This document shows positions 38,175-46,246 of a DNA stretch of 63,821 nucleotides, in pieces. Both the position numbers and the translations under genes were made by a program. The DNA is from Bacteroidales bacterium (GTDB lineage: Bacteria > Bacteroidota > Bacteroidia > Bacteroidales > JBBRXJ01), in NCBI GenBank assembly GCA_038248505.1, contig JBBRXJ010000004.1, positions 1 to 63,821 of the forward strand, given 5' to 3'. The notes under the pieces were generated by a model that ran no database searches, had not been told where the DNA came from, and was given only the letters and a program-made list of their open reading frames with translations. Positions within the stretch are counted from its first letter, which is position 1. Each line of letters starts with the position of its first letter.

Positions 38175-39437
38175 ATGAATAATAAAATTGAAATAATGGC
38201 TCCTGTAGGTTCCTTCGAATCTCTTACAGCTGCAATACAAGCAGGAGCAAATGCTATTTATTTTGGTGTAGGTGATATGAATATGCGATCGCATTCCGCT
38301 TCGGTAAATTTTACAATAGAAGATATTGAGGCCATATTAATTCGATGTAGAGAAAAGCAGCTAAAAAGTTATCTTACTATTAATACGGTGATATATGATA
38401 GTGAGATGGATGATATGCAATGCTTAGTAAATGCAGCTAAAAACCTAAATGTTACTGCAATTATTGCATCAGATCAATCAGTAATGCATTATGCCCGATC
38501 AGTTGGAATGGAGATCCATCTCTCAACACAAGTGAATATAAGCAATCTGGAAGCTGTTAAATTTTATTCGACTTTTGCTGATGTGATGGTTCTTGCGCGT
38601 GAGTTAAATATTGATCAGGTTAAGTTTATAAGTGAAGGAATAAAAAGAGAAAATATTTTGGGTCCCTCGGGTGAATTAGTTCGCCTTGAAATGTTTGTTC
38701 ATGGAGCATTGTGTATGTCTATTTCAGGTAAATGTTATTTGAGTTTACATGAATTTAATAAATCAGCAAATCGCGGAAAGTGTTTTCAAACATGTCGTAG
38801 AGGCTATACCGTTAGTGATCGTGAGACGGGTGAAGAACTGGCTATTGAGAATCAATATATCATGTCGCCAAAAGATCTTTGTACAATTCATTTTCTTGAT
38901 CGTATTATAGATGCAGGCGTTACTATACTTAAAATTGAAGGGAGAGCACGATCAGCTGATTATGTAAAAACGGTGACGACTTGTTATAGAGAGGCTGTTG
39001 AATCAATTGCAACGGGATCTTTTTCACATCAAAAAGCAGAGCAATGGAAGATGAAGCTAGCTACTGTTTTTAATCGTGGTTTTTGGGATGGCTATTATTT
39101 AGGACAAAAATTAGGTGAATGGAATGATTCTTATGGATCTAAAGCAACAGAGCGAAAAGTATATATTGGAAAGGTGAGTAATTATTTTTCCAAGATTGGA
39201 GTTGCAGAACTGAAGTTAGAAGCCAATTCACTCGACAAAGGGGATAGTATATTAATAATGGGTGATACAACAGGAGTTTACGAAGGAATAGCAGAAGAAA
39301 TTCGTGTTAATTTAAAAGTTGTTGATGTGGCTGGTAAAGGAGTATGCTGCTCTATTTCAGTAACAGAACCCGTCCGTCGTTCAGATAAGGTGTATAAACT
39401 AAAACAGAGCGAAAGTGTTGTTGACACTCAAAATTAG
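38175..39437 (+). CDS. Peptidase U32 family protein
   Basis: 420 aa with the N-terminus IEIMAPVGSFESLTAAIQAGANAIYFG and the U32 signature EMFVHGALCMSISGKCYLS. Confidence 0.9.
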   Translation: MNNKIEIMAPVGSFESLTAAIQAGANAIYFGVGDMNMRSHSASVNFTIEDIEAILIRCREKQLKSYLTINTVIYDSEMDDMQCLVNAAKNLNVTAIIASDQSVMHYARSVGMEIHLSTQVNISNLEAVKFYSTFADVMVLARELNIDQVKFISEGIKRENILGPSGELVRLEMFVHGALCMSISGKCYLSLHEFNKSANRGKCFQTCRRGYTVSDRETGEELAIENQYIMSPKDLCTIHFLDRIIDAGVTILKIEGRARSADYVKTVTTCYREAVESIATGSFSHQKAEQWKMKLATVFNRGFWDGYYLGQKLGEWNDSYGSKATERKVYIGKVSNYFSKIGVAELKLEANSLDKGDSILIMGDTTGVYEGIAEEIRVNLKVVDVAGKGVCCSISVTEPVRRSDKVYKLKQSESVVDTQN

Positions 39438-39508
39438 CCCTTACATGAAATTTATGTTTTTTGAGATTAAAAAATCCGCTCAAATTTTATATATATTTGT
39501 ATTCTCAT

Positions 39509-39582
39509 TGCCCATTGGTGTAATTGGCTAACACGTCTGACTCTGAATCAGAAGAGTCCAGGTTCGAGTCCTGGTTGGGCAA
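39509..39582 (+). tRNA. tRNA-Gln (anticodon CTG)
   Basis: Hand-folded cloverleaf. Acceptor TGCCCAT/TTGGGCA (with one T-T mismatch at 7:66). D arm GTGT-AATTGGCTA-ACAC. Anticodon arm TCTGA-CTCTGAA-TCAGA. T arm CCAGG-TTCGAGT-CCTGG. Discriminator A, and no encoded CCA. Confidence 0.85.
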
Positions 39583-39609
39583 CAAAATTGAAAGCTAAAA
39601 ATGGAAAAA

Positions 39610-39647
39610 CCCGCTCGGAACATTGTTCTGAGCGGGTTTTTGTTTTT
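39610..39647 (+). terminator. Rho-independent terminator after tRNA-Gln
   Basis: CCCGCTCGGAAC-ATT-GTTCTGAGCGGG (12 bp with one G-U pair), followed by TTTTTGTTTTTT. Confidence 0.85.
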
Positions 39648-39759
39648 TAGACCTAGTGTAGAAAGATTCCTTTTAATCCTATAGTGAGGATACCCCCATC
39701 AGGGGTGTCCTTTTAGATAATTTTTATTCAATAAACTTTGATTTTTCTTTAATTGTTGG

Positions 39760-40239
39760 TTATACCCCCATAACCATATATAACTGCAATATGTCATAGT
39801 CAATAAAATTCACATTGTTATTAGAGAGAAATTCTTTGGTTTCTTTCAGATTGAAAGGCAATATTCTTATTTTCTGTATTATTCTATTGTGAAGCCCCCC
39901 TTTATTCATTATAATTTTCTTCACCATATAGGCAGCAGCAGAAACTCATATAACAATTACAATATCATTTTTTCGTGAAGCATATTCATTCCAGAAACGT
40001 TTAAATGCCATTAAAAAGTTTGATTTTGGTGAATCTAACCAAGCGAATTCATTAATAAATACAGCTTTCTTACCTTTAATTGAAGACGAATTTAAATACT
40101 CTTTAAGAGCATTAAACCCATCAACCCAATTTGCTAATTGATGTTGTTTATGAGTAAGCTTGTTTAGGAATTTCTCTTCAAAATAATGAAGCATCATCAA
40201 AATCTCAACAATAAATAAGAACAAAATTATTGATTGCAT
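39760..40239 (-). pseudogene. Decayed AAA+ ATPase gene (archaeal-ATPase-like family common in Bacteroidota), truncated at both ends
   Basis: The track ORF 39946..40239 carries the Walker B region AVFINEFAWLDSPKSNFLMAFKRFWNEYASRKNDIVIVI. An in-frame TGA at 39948-39946 sits where these proteins have Cys. The same frame then continues as VSAAAYMVKKIIMNKGGLHNRIIQKIRILPFNLKETKEFL...LQLYMVMG up to a TAA at 39762-39760. The Walker A part is missing. Confidence 0.6.
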
Positions 40240-40248
40240 AGAAAGTTT

Positions 40249-40650
40249 TCAGGGTTCTGAATTATACAACTTTTCAATGATCCCAGCCATAATATCTTCA
40301 AAGTTAAATCCCTCCAAATAGCTATCAATATTGCTATCGAACTCGTTTTCGTAAATATTTGTCTTAAGCTTTATTCGTTTACTTGTCGCTACATGTATGG
40401 CAAATATTTCTATTTTCTTCTCTAAATCATAGAGAATATGTATTTCATATTTGAAACGATTTGATATGGTATTCCTCTTGTTAACCTTAATGATTATGGG
40501 GTCTTCATCATATTGCTGACGGTAAAGTAAAAACTCGTATTTCTTATTAATATCGTTATCGAGTTCCTCTTTGGCTGAGTTTCGAAAATAGAGTTTTATA
40601 TTTTCGAAAAGTTTCTCAAAGTTGGTAGCGTTTTCTTTTTTTCGTCCCAT
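40249..40650 (-). CDS. Hypothetical protein
   Basis: 133-aa charged, soluble-looking ORF with no motif I recognise. Confidence 0.45.
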   Translation of the reverse strand: MGRKKENATNFEKLFENIKLYFRNSAKEELDNDINKKYEFLLYRQQYDEDPIIIKVNKRNTISNRFKYEIHILYDLEKKIEIFAIHVATSKRIKLKTNIYENEFDSNIDSYLEGFNFEDIMAGIIEKLYNSEP

Positions 40651-41023
40651 ACACGTATTTTAATAATTGCAATATACTAATATTATGATATTTAATCATT
40701 TAATTATTGCTTTTTTATGAATTCATCAATAATTTTATAGAGCTACTATAAAAGATGTTTAAATTCTATTTGAATTAATAGGCATCAAAATAAGAGAAGT
40801 TTCACCTTTAAACGAGAAATTCAAACCATGTTTTACGAGTTTTTCAAGCAATACAAAAGCATAGACTTTTTTTTTCAAATAATACAAGATTTACATGCCT
40901 TTTTATGTTTTTATGCATAGAAACAGACCTACATTTTTTGATAATTCTGAATGTATTGATATAAAATGTATATAGGAAATATTCCAGTGTTACTGCAGCT
41001 TCTCAATGTAACATACAATTTAA

Positions 41024-41059
41024 AAAACTCAAAATAGGTATTGCAGTATTTTGAGTTTT
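41024..41059 (-). terminator. 13-bp perfect AT-rich hairpin, terminator-like on the minus strand
   Basis: AAAACTCAAAATA-10 nt-TATTTTGAGTTTT. On the minus strand it is followed by TTTTTT (A6 at 41022-41027 on the + strand). No annotated minus-strand gene feeds into it. Confidence 0.4.
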
Positions 41060-41083
41060 ATTTTGTATTAAAAATAGAGTACG

Positions 41084-41164
41084 CCTTAACGTATTACAAA
41101 AAGATAAATGTTGTTAGGAGGTGCCTCCATCTACATCGATTACGATGTAGAAAAGATGCACAAC
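41084..41164 (+). repeat. Copy A of a conserved ~80-nt element (mini-ORF start plus palindromic hairpin)
   Basis: CCTTAACGTATTACAA...ATG(41108) TTG TTA GGA GGT GCC TCC ATC TAC ATC GAT TAC GAT GTA GAA AAG ATG CAC. It aligns with copy B at 43296. It contains the hairpins GGAG-GTGC-CTCC and CTACATCG-ATTA-CGATGTAG. Confidence 0.6.
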
Positions 41165-41581
41165 TTAATGACACTGGTTTTTCTTTGTACTTTTTTGAAC
41201 CACGATTACTCTAAAGTGTATTATAAACAATGTTCTAAAATCTTATTTATTGCAATTAAATTTTTTGCTTTTTTTTGTCTAATAATAATGCATGCATCTG
41301 CTTTTTTTCAATTCACACCATTTTTAATCATTACACCTCTAAAGTGTTATATGTGTGAACGTTCAACAGAAAAACGCTGAGAGAATTCTAATGTATTCAT
41401 ATCTTTTCTTTATCGCAAAACTATCTGATTGATAAATTAAAAACTTATTGTTGGTGTATGTTAAAGTAAAATCAGATTTTCTTTTTCCGAAAAATTATTA
41501 TGGCTGGATGTGATTGTTATTAGCAAATAATATGGTATCTTTTCAAAAAGTTTAATCATTCATTTAATAAACATAATAAGT

Positions 41582-43162
41582 ATGAAAAAGCACTACTACA
41601 TGTTATTTTTTGCTGTTCTGATGGTAATGAACTGTTATAGCCAGAATGTTGTTGTAAAGAAAGGAATTAATCCTAATAATGTTCGTGATGCCCTTATGGA
41701 CTCACAGGGTAATACCTACCTTTTATTAAAAAGAGGTGACAAAGCTGAAACTGTTGTGAAAATTGACTCTTATGGGGTTAAGACAACAGTTTTTGATACA
41801 AATAATATTACAAATTATTCGTCTATTACATCTTCGGGTTTTTTTAGCATGACCTACAATGAAGATTCTTTAACGTTTTATTTTAGTTATTTCCGAAATT
41901 CAGAAGATGTTGGTTGCCTGGGAAGCTATAAAATAGGAACTGCCTTTACAAAAGAATTATATGCAGCAGCCGGGACTAGCGGAAGCTATCCATGGAGCTT
42001 GACCTACAGTAAGTTAACAGGCAAGATATGGGCGACAGAACTTAATTCAAATGGCCGAAAAGCAGCTATTGCCTGTTTTAACCCTGTAACAGGTGCAAGA
42101 ACACGTATAGCAGGAGGAGGTAAAGAATTTGGAGATACAATTGGGATTGGTACACAAGCTGCGTTTAATTTTTCTAACGAATGGTATTCAGGTAGTGCTC
42201 GGCAGGGTAAAGGAATTGTTTTTAACAAAACATACGATACCTTAATTGTTGTAGATTGTCGTAACCATAAAATTAAAAAAGTAGCCATTATGACTGAGGC
42301 TGCTAATAGTGGTGTTGTTGTTAAATTTGCGGGTAAAGGAAATTTAGGGTTTAGAAATTCAGACAATCCTGATTCGGCTGTTTTCTGTATTATTACCGAT
42401 ATACTTAGGGATGATCTTGGTTATTTGTATGTTTCAGAGGCTGGAAATAATGATACTATCGGCAACCGGGTGAGAAAAATTTCACCTTCAGGTAAAGTGT
42501 ATACTCTTTTTGGAAGTAATGGTGGAGCCAGCTTTACTGCGGGTATCGGCAAAAATGCAGTTGTTAAACATACGGATAATATATTTTTCAATGCTGCAAA
42601 GGATACCATCTATGGATATTGTGAGACCGCTAATTTTAAGGCGTACAAAGCAACGCATATCATAACTGTTTCAATACCGGATAAAGTTATTTCATCACCA
42701 AAATTTAAAATTCCATATACCATTAGTACAGGTGCACCTGTTATTTTTTCAGTTATTTCAGGACCTGCTTCAATTGTTGGGACTGATTCCATTGTGCTAA
42801 GCGGAACTGTAGGGCAGGTGATTGTAAAAGCCGCCGCCGCAGCTAATAACGACGCTTATAATTATGGTGAAAAACTGGATACATTCAATGTTATTGATCC
42901 TGTTGGGATAACAAAATTTAATGCCGAGTCTTTGATTGTTTCTCCTATTCCATCAAAAGGACATTTGGAAGTATCATTCTCAGCTCAAAATTATAAGGGA
43001 GCCACAATCAGGATATATAATATGTTAGGACTGCAAGTTAATTTACAGGAAAACATTTCAGGCTTAACTGGTATTGATATTACAGATCAGCCCTCTGGAG
43101 TATATATACTTGTTCTGTCAGTGGATGGCCAAAAAGTAGTAAAACGGATTATAAAACAATAA
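41582..43162 (+). CDS. Secreted NHL/beta-propeller repeat protein with T9SS C-terminal sorting domain
   Basis: 526 aa with a signal peptide and NHL-like repeats (VVDCRNHKIKKV; LYVSEAGNNDTIGNRVRKISPSGKV). The CTD reads PIPSKGHLEVSF...IRIYNMLGLQV...GVYILVLSVDGQKVVKRIIKQ. Confidence 0.75.
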   Translation: MKKHYYMLFFAVLMVMNCYSQNVVVKKGINPNNVRDALMDSQGNTYLLLKRGDKAETVVKIDSYGVKTTVFDTNNITNYSSITSSGFFSMTYNEDSLTFYFSYFRNSEDVGCLGSYKIGTAFTKELYAAAGTSGSYPWSLTYSKLTGKIWATELNSNGRKAAIACFNPVTGARTRIAGGGKEFGDTIGIGTQAAFNFSNEWYSGSARQGKGIVFNKTYDTLIVVDCRNHKIKKVAIMTEAANSGVVVKFAGKGNLGFRNSDNPDSAVFCIITDILRDDLGYLYVSEAGNNDTIGNRVRKISPSGKVYTLFGSNGGASFTAGIGKNAVVKHTDNIFFNAAKDTIYGYCETANFKAYKATHIITVSIPDKVISSPKFKIPYTISTGAPVIFSVISGPASIVGTDSIVLSGTVGQVIVKAAAAANNDAYNYGEKLDTFNVIDPVGITKFNAESLIVSPIPSKGHLEVSFSAQNYKGATIRIYNMLGLQVNLQENISGLTGIDITDQPSGVYILVLSVDGQKVVKRIIKQ

Positions 43163-43216
43163 TTACAATCAATATTTTGCAGCACGAAATGTAGTTTTTG
43201 TAATATCATTTTAAAC

Positions 43217-43260
43217 CGGATTAAGCATTAGAATCAAATTCACTAATGCTTAATCCGTTT
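43217..43260 (+). terminator. Rho-independent terminator after the NHL cargo gene
   Basis: CGGATTAAGCATTAG-11 nt-CTAATGCTTAATCCG (15 bp, perfect), followed by TTT. Confidence 0.75.
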
Positions 43261-43295
43261 AAATTTGGGTTAGCTCCAGATTAATCCCAAGTTCA

Positions 43296-43398
43296 CCTTA
43301 ACGTATCACAATATAAAATGCCGTTCGGCGGTGGCTCCGCATCCATCGACTACGATGATGCAATGAAGCACAAGTCTATCAATGCCTACCAGCCGTAA
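43296..43398 (+). repeat. Copy B of the conserved element, containing a closed 26-codon mini-ORF (43318..43398)
   Basis: CCTTAACGTATCACAA...ATG CCG TTC GGC GGT GGC TCC GCA TCC ATC GAC TAC GAT GAT GCA ATG AAG CAC..., which translates to MPFGGGSASIDYDDAMKHKSINAYQP*. It is visibly GC-richer than its flanks. The hairpin is CATC(C)ATCG-ACTA-CGATGATG. Confidence 0.6.
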
Positions 43399-43680
43399 AC
43401 CCAAATCAATATTTTATTTATTTTATACCGTTTGTAAATATGTAATAGAGCAAATTTCGCTACTCTCATTTGCACTAAACATATTTAACAAGGGCATTTG
43501 CCAATCTAAATATATAATTAGTCTATGGGCTAAATTTTAAGTAAGATTGCTATTTGATATAATGGAGTTTATATTTTAAAATAAACCCCAATATAAAACT
43601 GTACGCATTGTTTTTAATTAAATCTTTTTTAGAGAATGCTTTTCCTATTTACTTTTTAATTAACTTGCTATAATCTATCG

Positions 43681-43848
43681 ATTCTGCACAATCGTACACC
43701 AATTAGATATTTACTAATTTTTAATGAAAGCAAATCTCTTATATATTGATGAAAGTAAAACGCTGAGGCATTCGCCTCGGCGAATAAGCGCATGGAAATA
43801 AAGGCGTTACAAAACCGGGGCTCTTCGCCGGGGCGAATGCCTCAGCCA
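43681..43848 (+). repeat. Intergenic repeat copy 1 with embedded 23-bp GC-rich inverted repeat
   Basis: The AT-rich arm ATTCTGCACAATCGTACACCAATTAGATATTTACTAATTTTTAATGAAAGCAAATCTCTTATAT aligns with 63035-63100. The inverted repeat pairs GCTGAGGCATTCGCCTCGGCGAA (43762-43784) with TTCGCCGGGGCGAATGCCTCAGC (43824-43846). That is 23 pairs with one T-G, around a 39-nt loop. Confidence 0.65.
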
Positions 43849-43917
43849 TTTGCTTTGGTATTTTAGTATGAAATTTGTCTTTGGTGTATCATTCTGCAGA
43901 ATCTATTTAATAAAAGT

Positions 43918-46146
43918 ATGAGAATCATTCTAATCGGTTTTTTTTTATTACTACAATTTATTATAACAGAGAGTTCTAGCGCTCAAAGTGTAGTAAATAT
44001 AGTAGTTTCAGGCAAGCCTTTAAGTGTTAATGGGCAAACTAAGGTTCCTGAAAGTCTTTTTGGAGTACATCTAGGGAATTTTATTGGTTACAATAGTGAT
44101 ACCGTATTTAAATGGGGCATTGTATCTGCTCGTTCCATTGAAACGATACCAGCGGGCGCTGCATGGATGCCAAGTAATGGGTTAAAAACCCTTGTACAAT
44201 GCTGGTATGATCGTTTTGTTCCGGCAACCATTCTTACAAATAGTAATTGGAAATCCATTTTACAGAACCTCGGAAATACGTATGGTAAAACAGCCAACCC
44301 CAGTAACTCCCCGTTAATGTTGGAATTTTGGAATGAACCTTATTTGAATTGGGCTTATAAGCCAGGCGTAAATACCGATATTCAATTTTATAATCAAAGT
44401 GGAATATCTGAAAATGCTCCAGTATTTCGCAATGGCAGTATTGTTGCAGAACCTTATCTTATTTGGAGAACCGATATGTGGTATGATAGTCCTAAGTGGG
44501 CATCAAATCGACAAGGTGTTTATAATGCAATTTCAACGGAATGGAATAAGGTTATTTCTGCTGGATGTTTCTATCCATGCCAGAATGCGCTTGTCATTGA
44601 TTCAACCTATAGAAAGACTACGAGTAGCGAGTTTACTCCTCGTGTTCGACTAAGACCAGTGGATACTACGCAGAAATCGTATTATTCATCAAAACAAATG
44701 GAGCATTATTATAATCAGATGTACCAAATTGTTGCCGATACCATAAAGAAGCTAAACCCTGCAGTGCAGATGATTGCTGGCTGGGGAATGGAATCGCATA
44801 AAGATAATTGGTTGCCATGGCACACATTAATTAAACCAACATTTGATAAAAACATTCATCTTATTGATGGCTATCATGAACATCATTATGGCACTGATAC
44901 TCGAATAATAGCAGCCGATTACGAAACTATAACCGCATATACAGATAAGAAATATTTAAAACGTTTAAAGTTTTACAATACTGAAACGGGAGGATTTTTA
45001 GATCCGCAAAGACCGGATGGAGTATCAAGCAGCCCGGGAACGGTTACTGCAGCGCAAAAAGCATTGAACGCTTTCAGCTACAATATTCGCGATATTGTTT
45101 ATATGATTGATAAATGTCCCGACAAAGCTGCCACCCGTGCCGTACATGAACCACAGAATACCAATGGGGGTGTTGAAAAGGCCTTTAAGTTATCAAAAAC
45201 CTTTCGCGGAAACATGATTTATGATGAGTCATCTGATGAAGAGGTTTATACTATTACATCACTTAATGATAGTTTGATGACAACCATTTGTTTTAATGGA
45301 AACATGAGTTCACGAATTTTAAATTTTGAAATTAAGGCAACTCAAGGAATGATTTTTAATGGGGGATACGTATTATCTGTAGATACTTTACCTGGGATGA
45401 TCATACTACAATGGAAGAACCTAACTGCTGTTGGTGCCCGCTTTAATTTTATTGACACCATTGATCCATATACCGCAAAATCCTATGTATTAAGGCTTAC
45501 AGGTGTTCTCTCGGCAATAGATACTATTTACGTTAAACAATTTTATGCCGATACTATTTTGGTTGAAATACCCGCAGCAAGTTCGAGCGATTTTAAAATT
45601 AGCATACCACAACAAGCATTAGATAATGCACAAGCAGCGCGTATTAAATATGTGCTTATGAATTATAAATCGGGTGGGTCGTTTAGTTTAAATGGCAAGA
45701 ACTATTCAATAGTGAATTATAGTGGCGGCAATCCTGAAAAAAGCTTAGGAGGTATTAGTTATCAAACAATTGATCTGGCAAATCTTACAACAAATAACAC
45801 GTTAGCGGTTTATTCTGGTGATACTGCGATAAAAGTTTGGATGGCGAGTATTGAATTAACGAATTCAAAATTATATGATTCGTTAACCGATAATCAGAAA
45901 ATAAAAAAGCCTGATATTGGTTTTACGATGCAACCCAATCCCGCTACAAAAAATTTACATATTAAAACAGTATTAAATGATAAAGCAAGTATTTCTATTA
46001 TTGCATTAGATGGCAAAAGTGTTTTGGAGCAAAGCATACACGGGAATAGTGATCTTAATATTTCTGGCATTGGTAATGGATTATATATTGTAGTTTGCAA
46101 ACAGGGAACAGAGCTTTACAGAGAAAAATTAATAATAAAAAATTAA
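43918..46146 (+). CDS. Secreted putative clan GH-A (TIM-barrel) glycoside hydrolase with T9SS C-terminal sorting domain
   Basis: 742 aa with a signal peptide. It has the acid/base-type motif LMLEFWNEPYLNW and a later FYNTETGG (nucleophile-like TE). The CTD reads QPNPATKNLHIK...SIIALDGKSV...GLYIVVCKQG..YREKLIIKN. Confidence 0.6.
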   Translation: MRIILIGFFLLLQFIITESSSAQSVVNIVVSGKPLSVNGQTKVPESLFGVHLGNFIGYNSDTVFKWGIVSARSIETIPAGAAWMPSNGLKTLVQCWYDRFVPATILTNSNWKSILQNLGNTYGKTANPSNSPLMLEFWNEPYLNWAYKPGVNTDIQFYNQSGISENAPVFRNGSIVAEPYLIWRTDMWYDSPKWASNRQGVYNAISTEWNKVISAGCFYPCQNALVIDSTYRKTTSSEFTPRVRLRPVDTTQKSYYSSKQMEHYYNQMYQIVADTIKKLNPAVQMIAGWGMESHKDNWLPWHTLIKPTFDKNIHLIDGYHEHHYGTDTRIIAADYETITAYTDKKYLKRLKFYNTETGGFLDPQRPDGVSSSPGTVTAAQKALNAFSYNIRDIVYMIDKCPDKAATRAVHEPQNTNGGVEKAFKLSKTFRGNMIYDESSDEEVYTITSLNDSLMTTICFNGNMSSRILNFEIKATQGMIFNGGYVLSVDTLPGMIILQWKNLTAVGARFNFIDTIDPYTAKSYVLRLTGVLSAIDTIYVKQFYADTILVEIPAASSSDFKISIPQQALDNAQAARIKYVLMNYKSGGSFSLNGKNYSIVNYSGGNPEKSLGGISYQTIDLANLTTNNTLAVYSGDTAIKVWMASIELTNSKLYDSLTDNQKIKKPDIGFTMQPNPATKNLHIKTVLNDKASISIIALDGKSVLEQSIHGNSDLNISGIGNGLYIVVCKQGTELYREKLIIKN

Positions 46147-46246
46147 CCAATAAGAATTCGATATAATTATAATCAGTATTTAACAATTAAATTAGTCCTT
46201 GGTCTATTTTATGCATATTCAAAATAGTAATTAACACATATACATT

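Noticed and set aside
41108-41380. 90-aa track ORF as a real membrane protein
   Set aside because: Only the first ~19 codons are conserved with copy B. The rest is AT-rich, contains internal direct repeats (CTCTAAAGTGT at 41209 and 41337) and has no counterpart. It is more likely loss of the stop of a mini-ORF, or non-coding sequence.
43762-43846. 23-bp inverted repeat as an invertible promoter (inverton)
   Set aside because: The segment between the arms is only 39 nt and has no TAnnTTTG/TTTG promoter. No recombinase gene is nearby.
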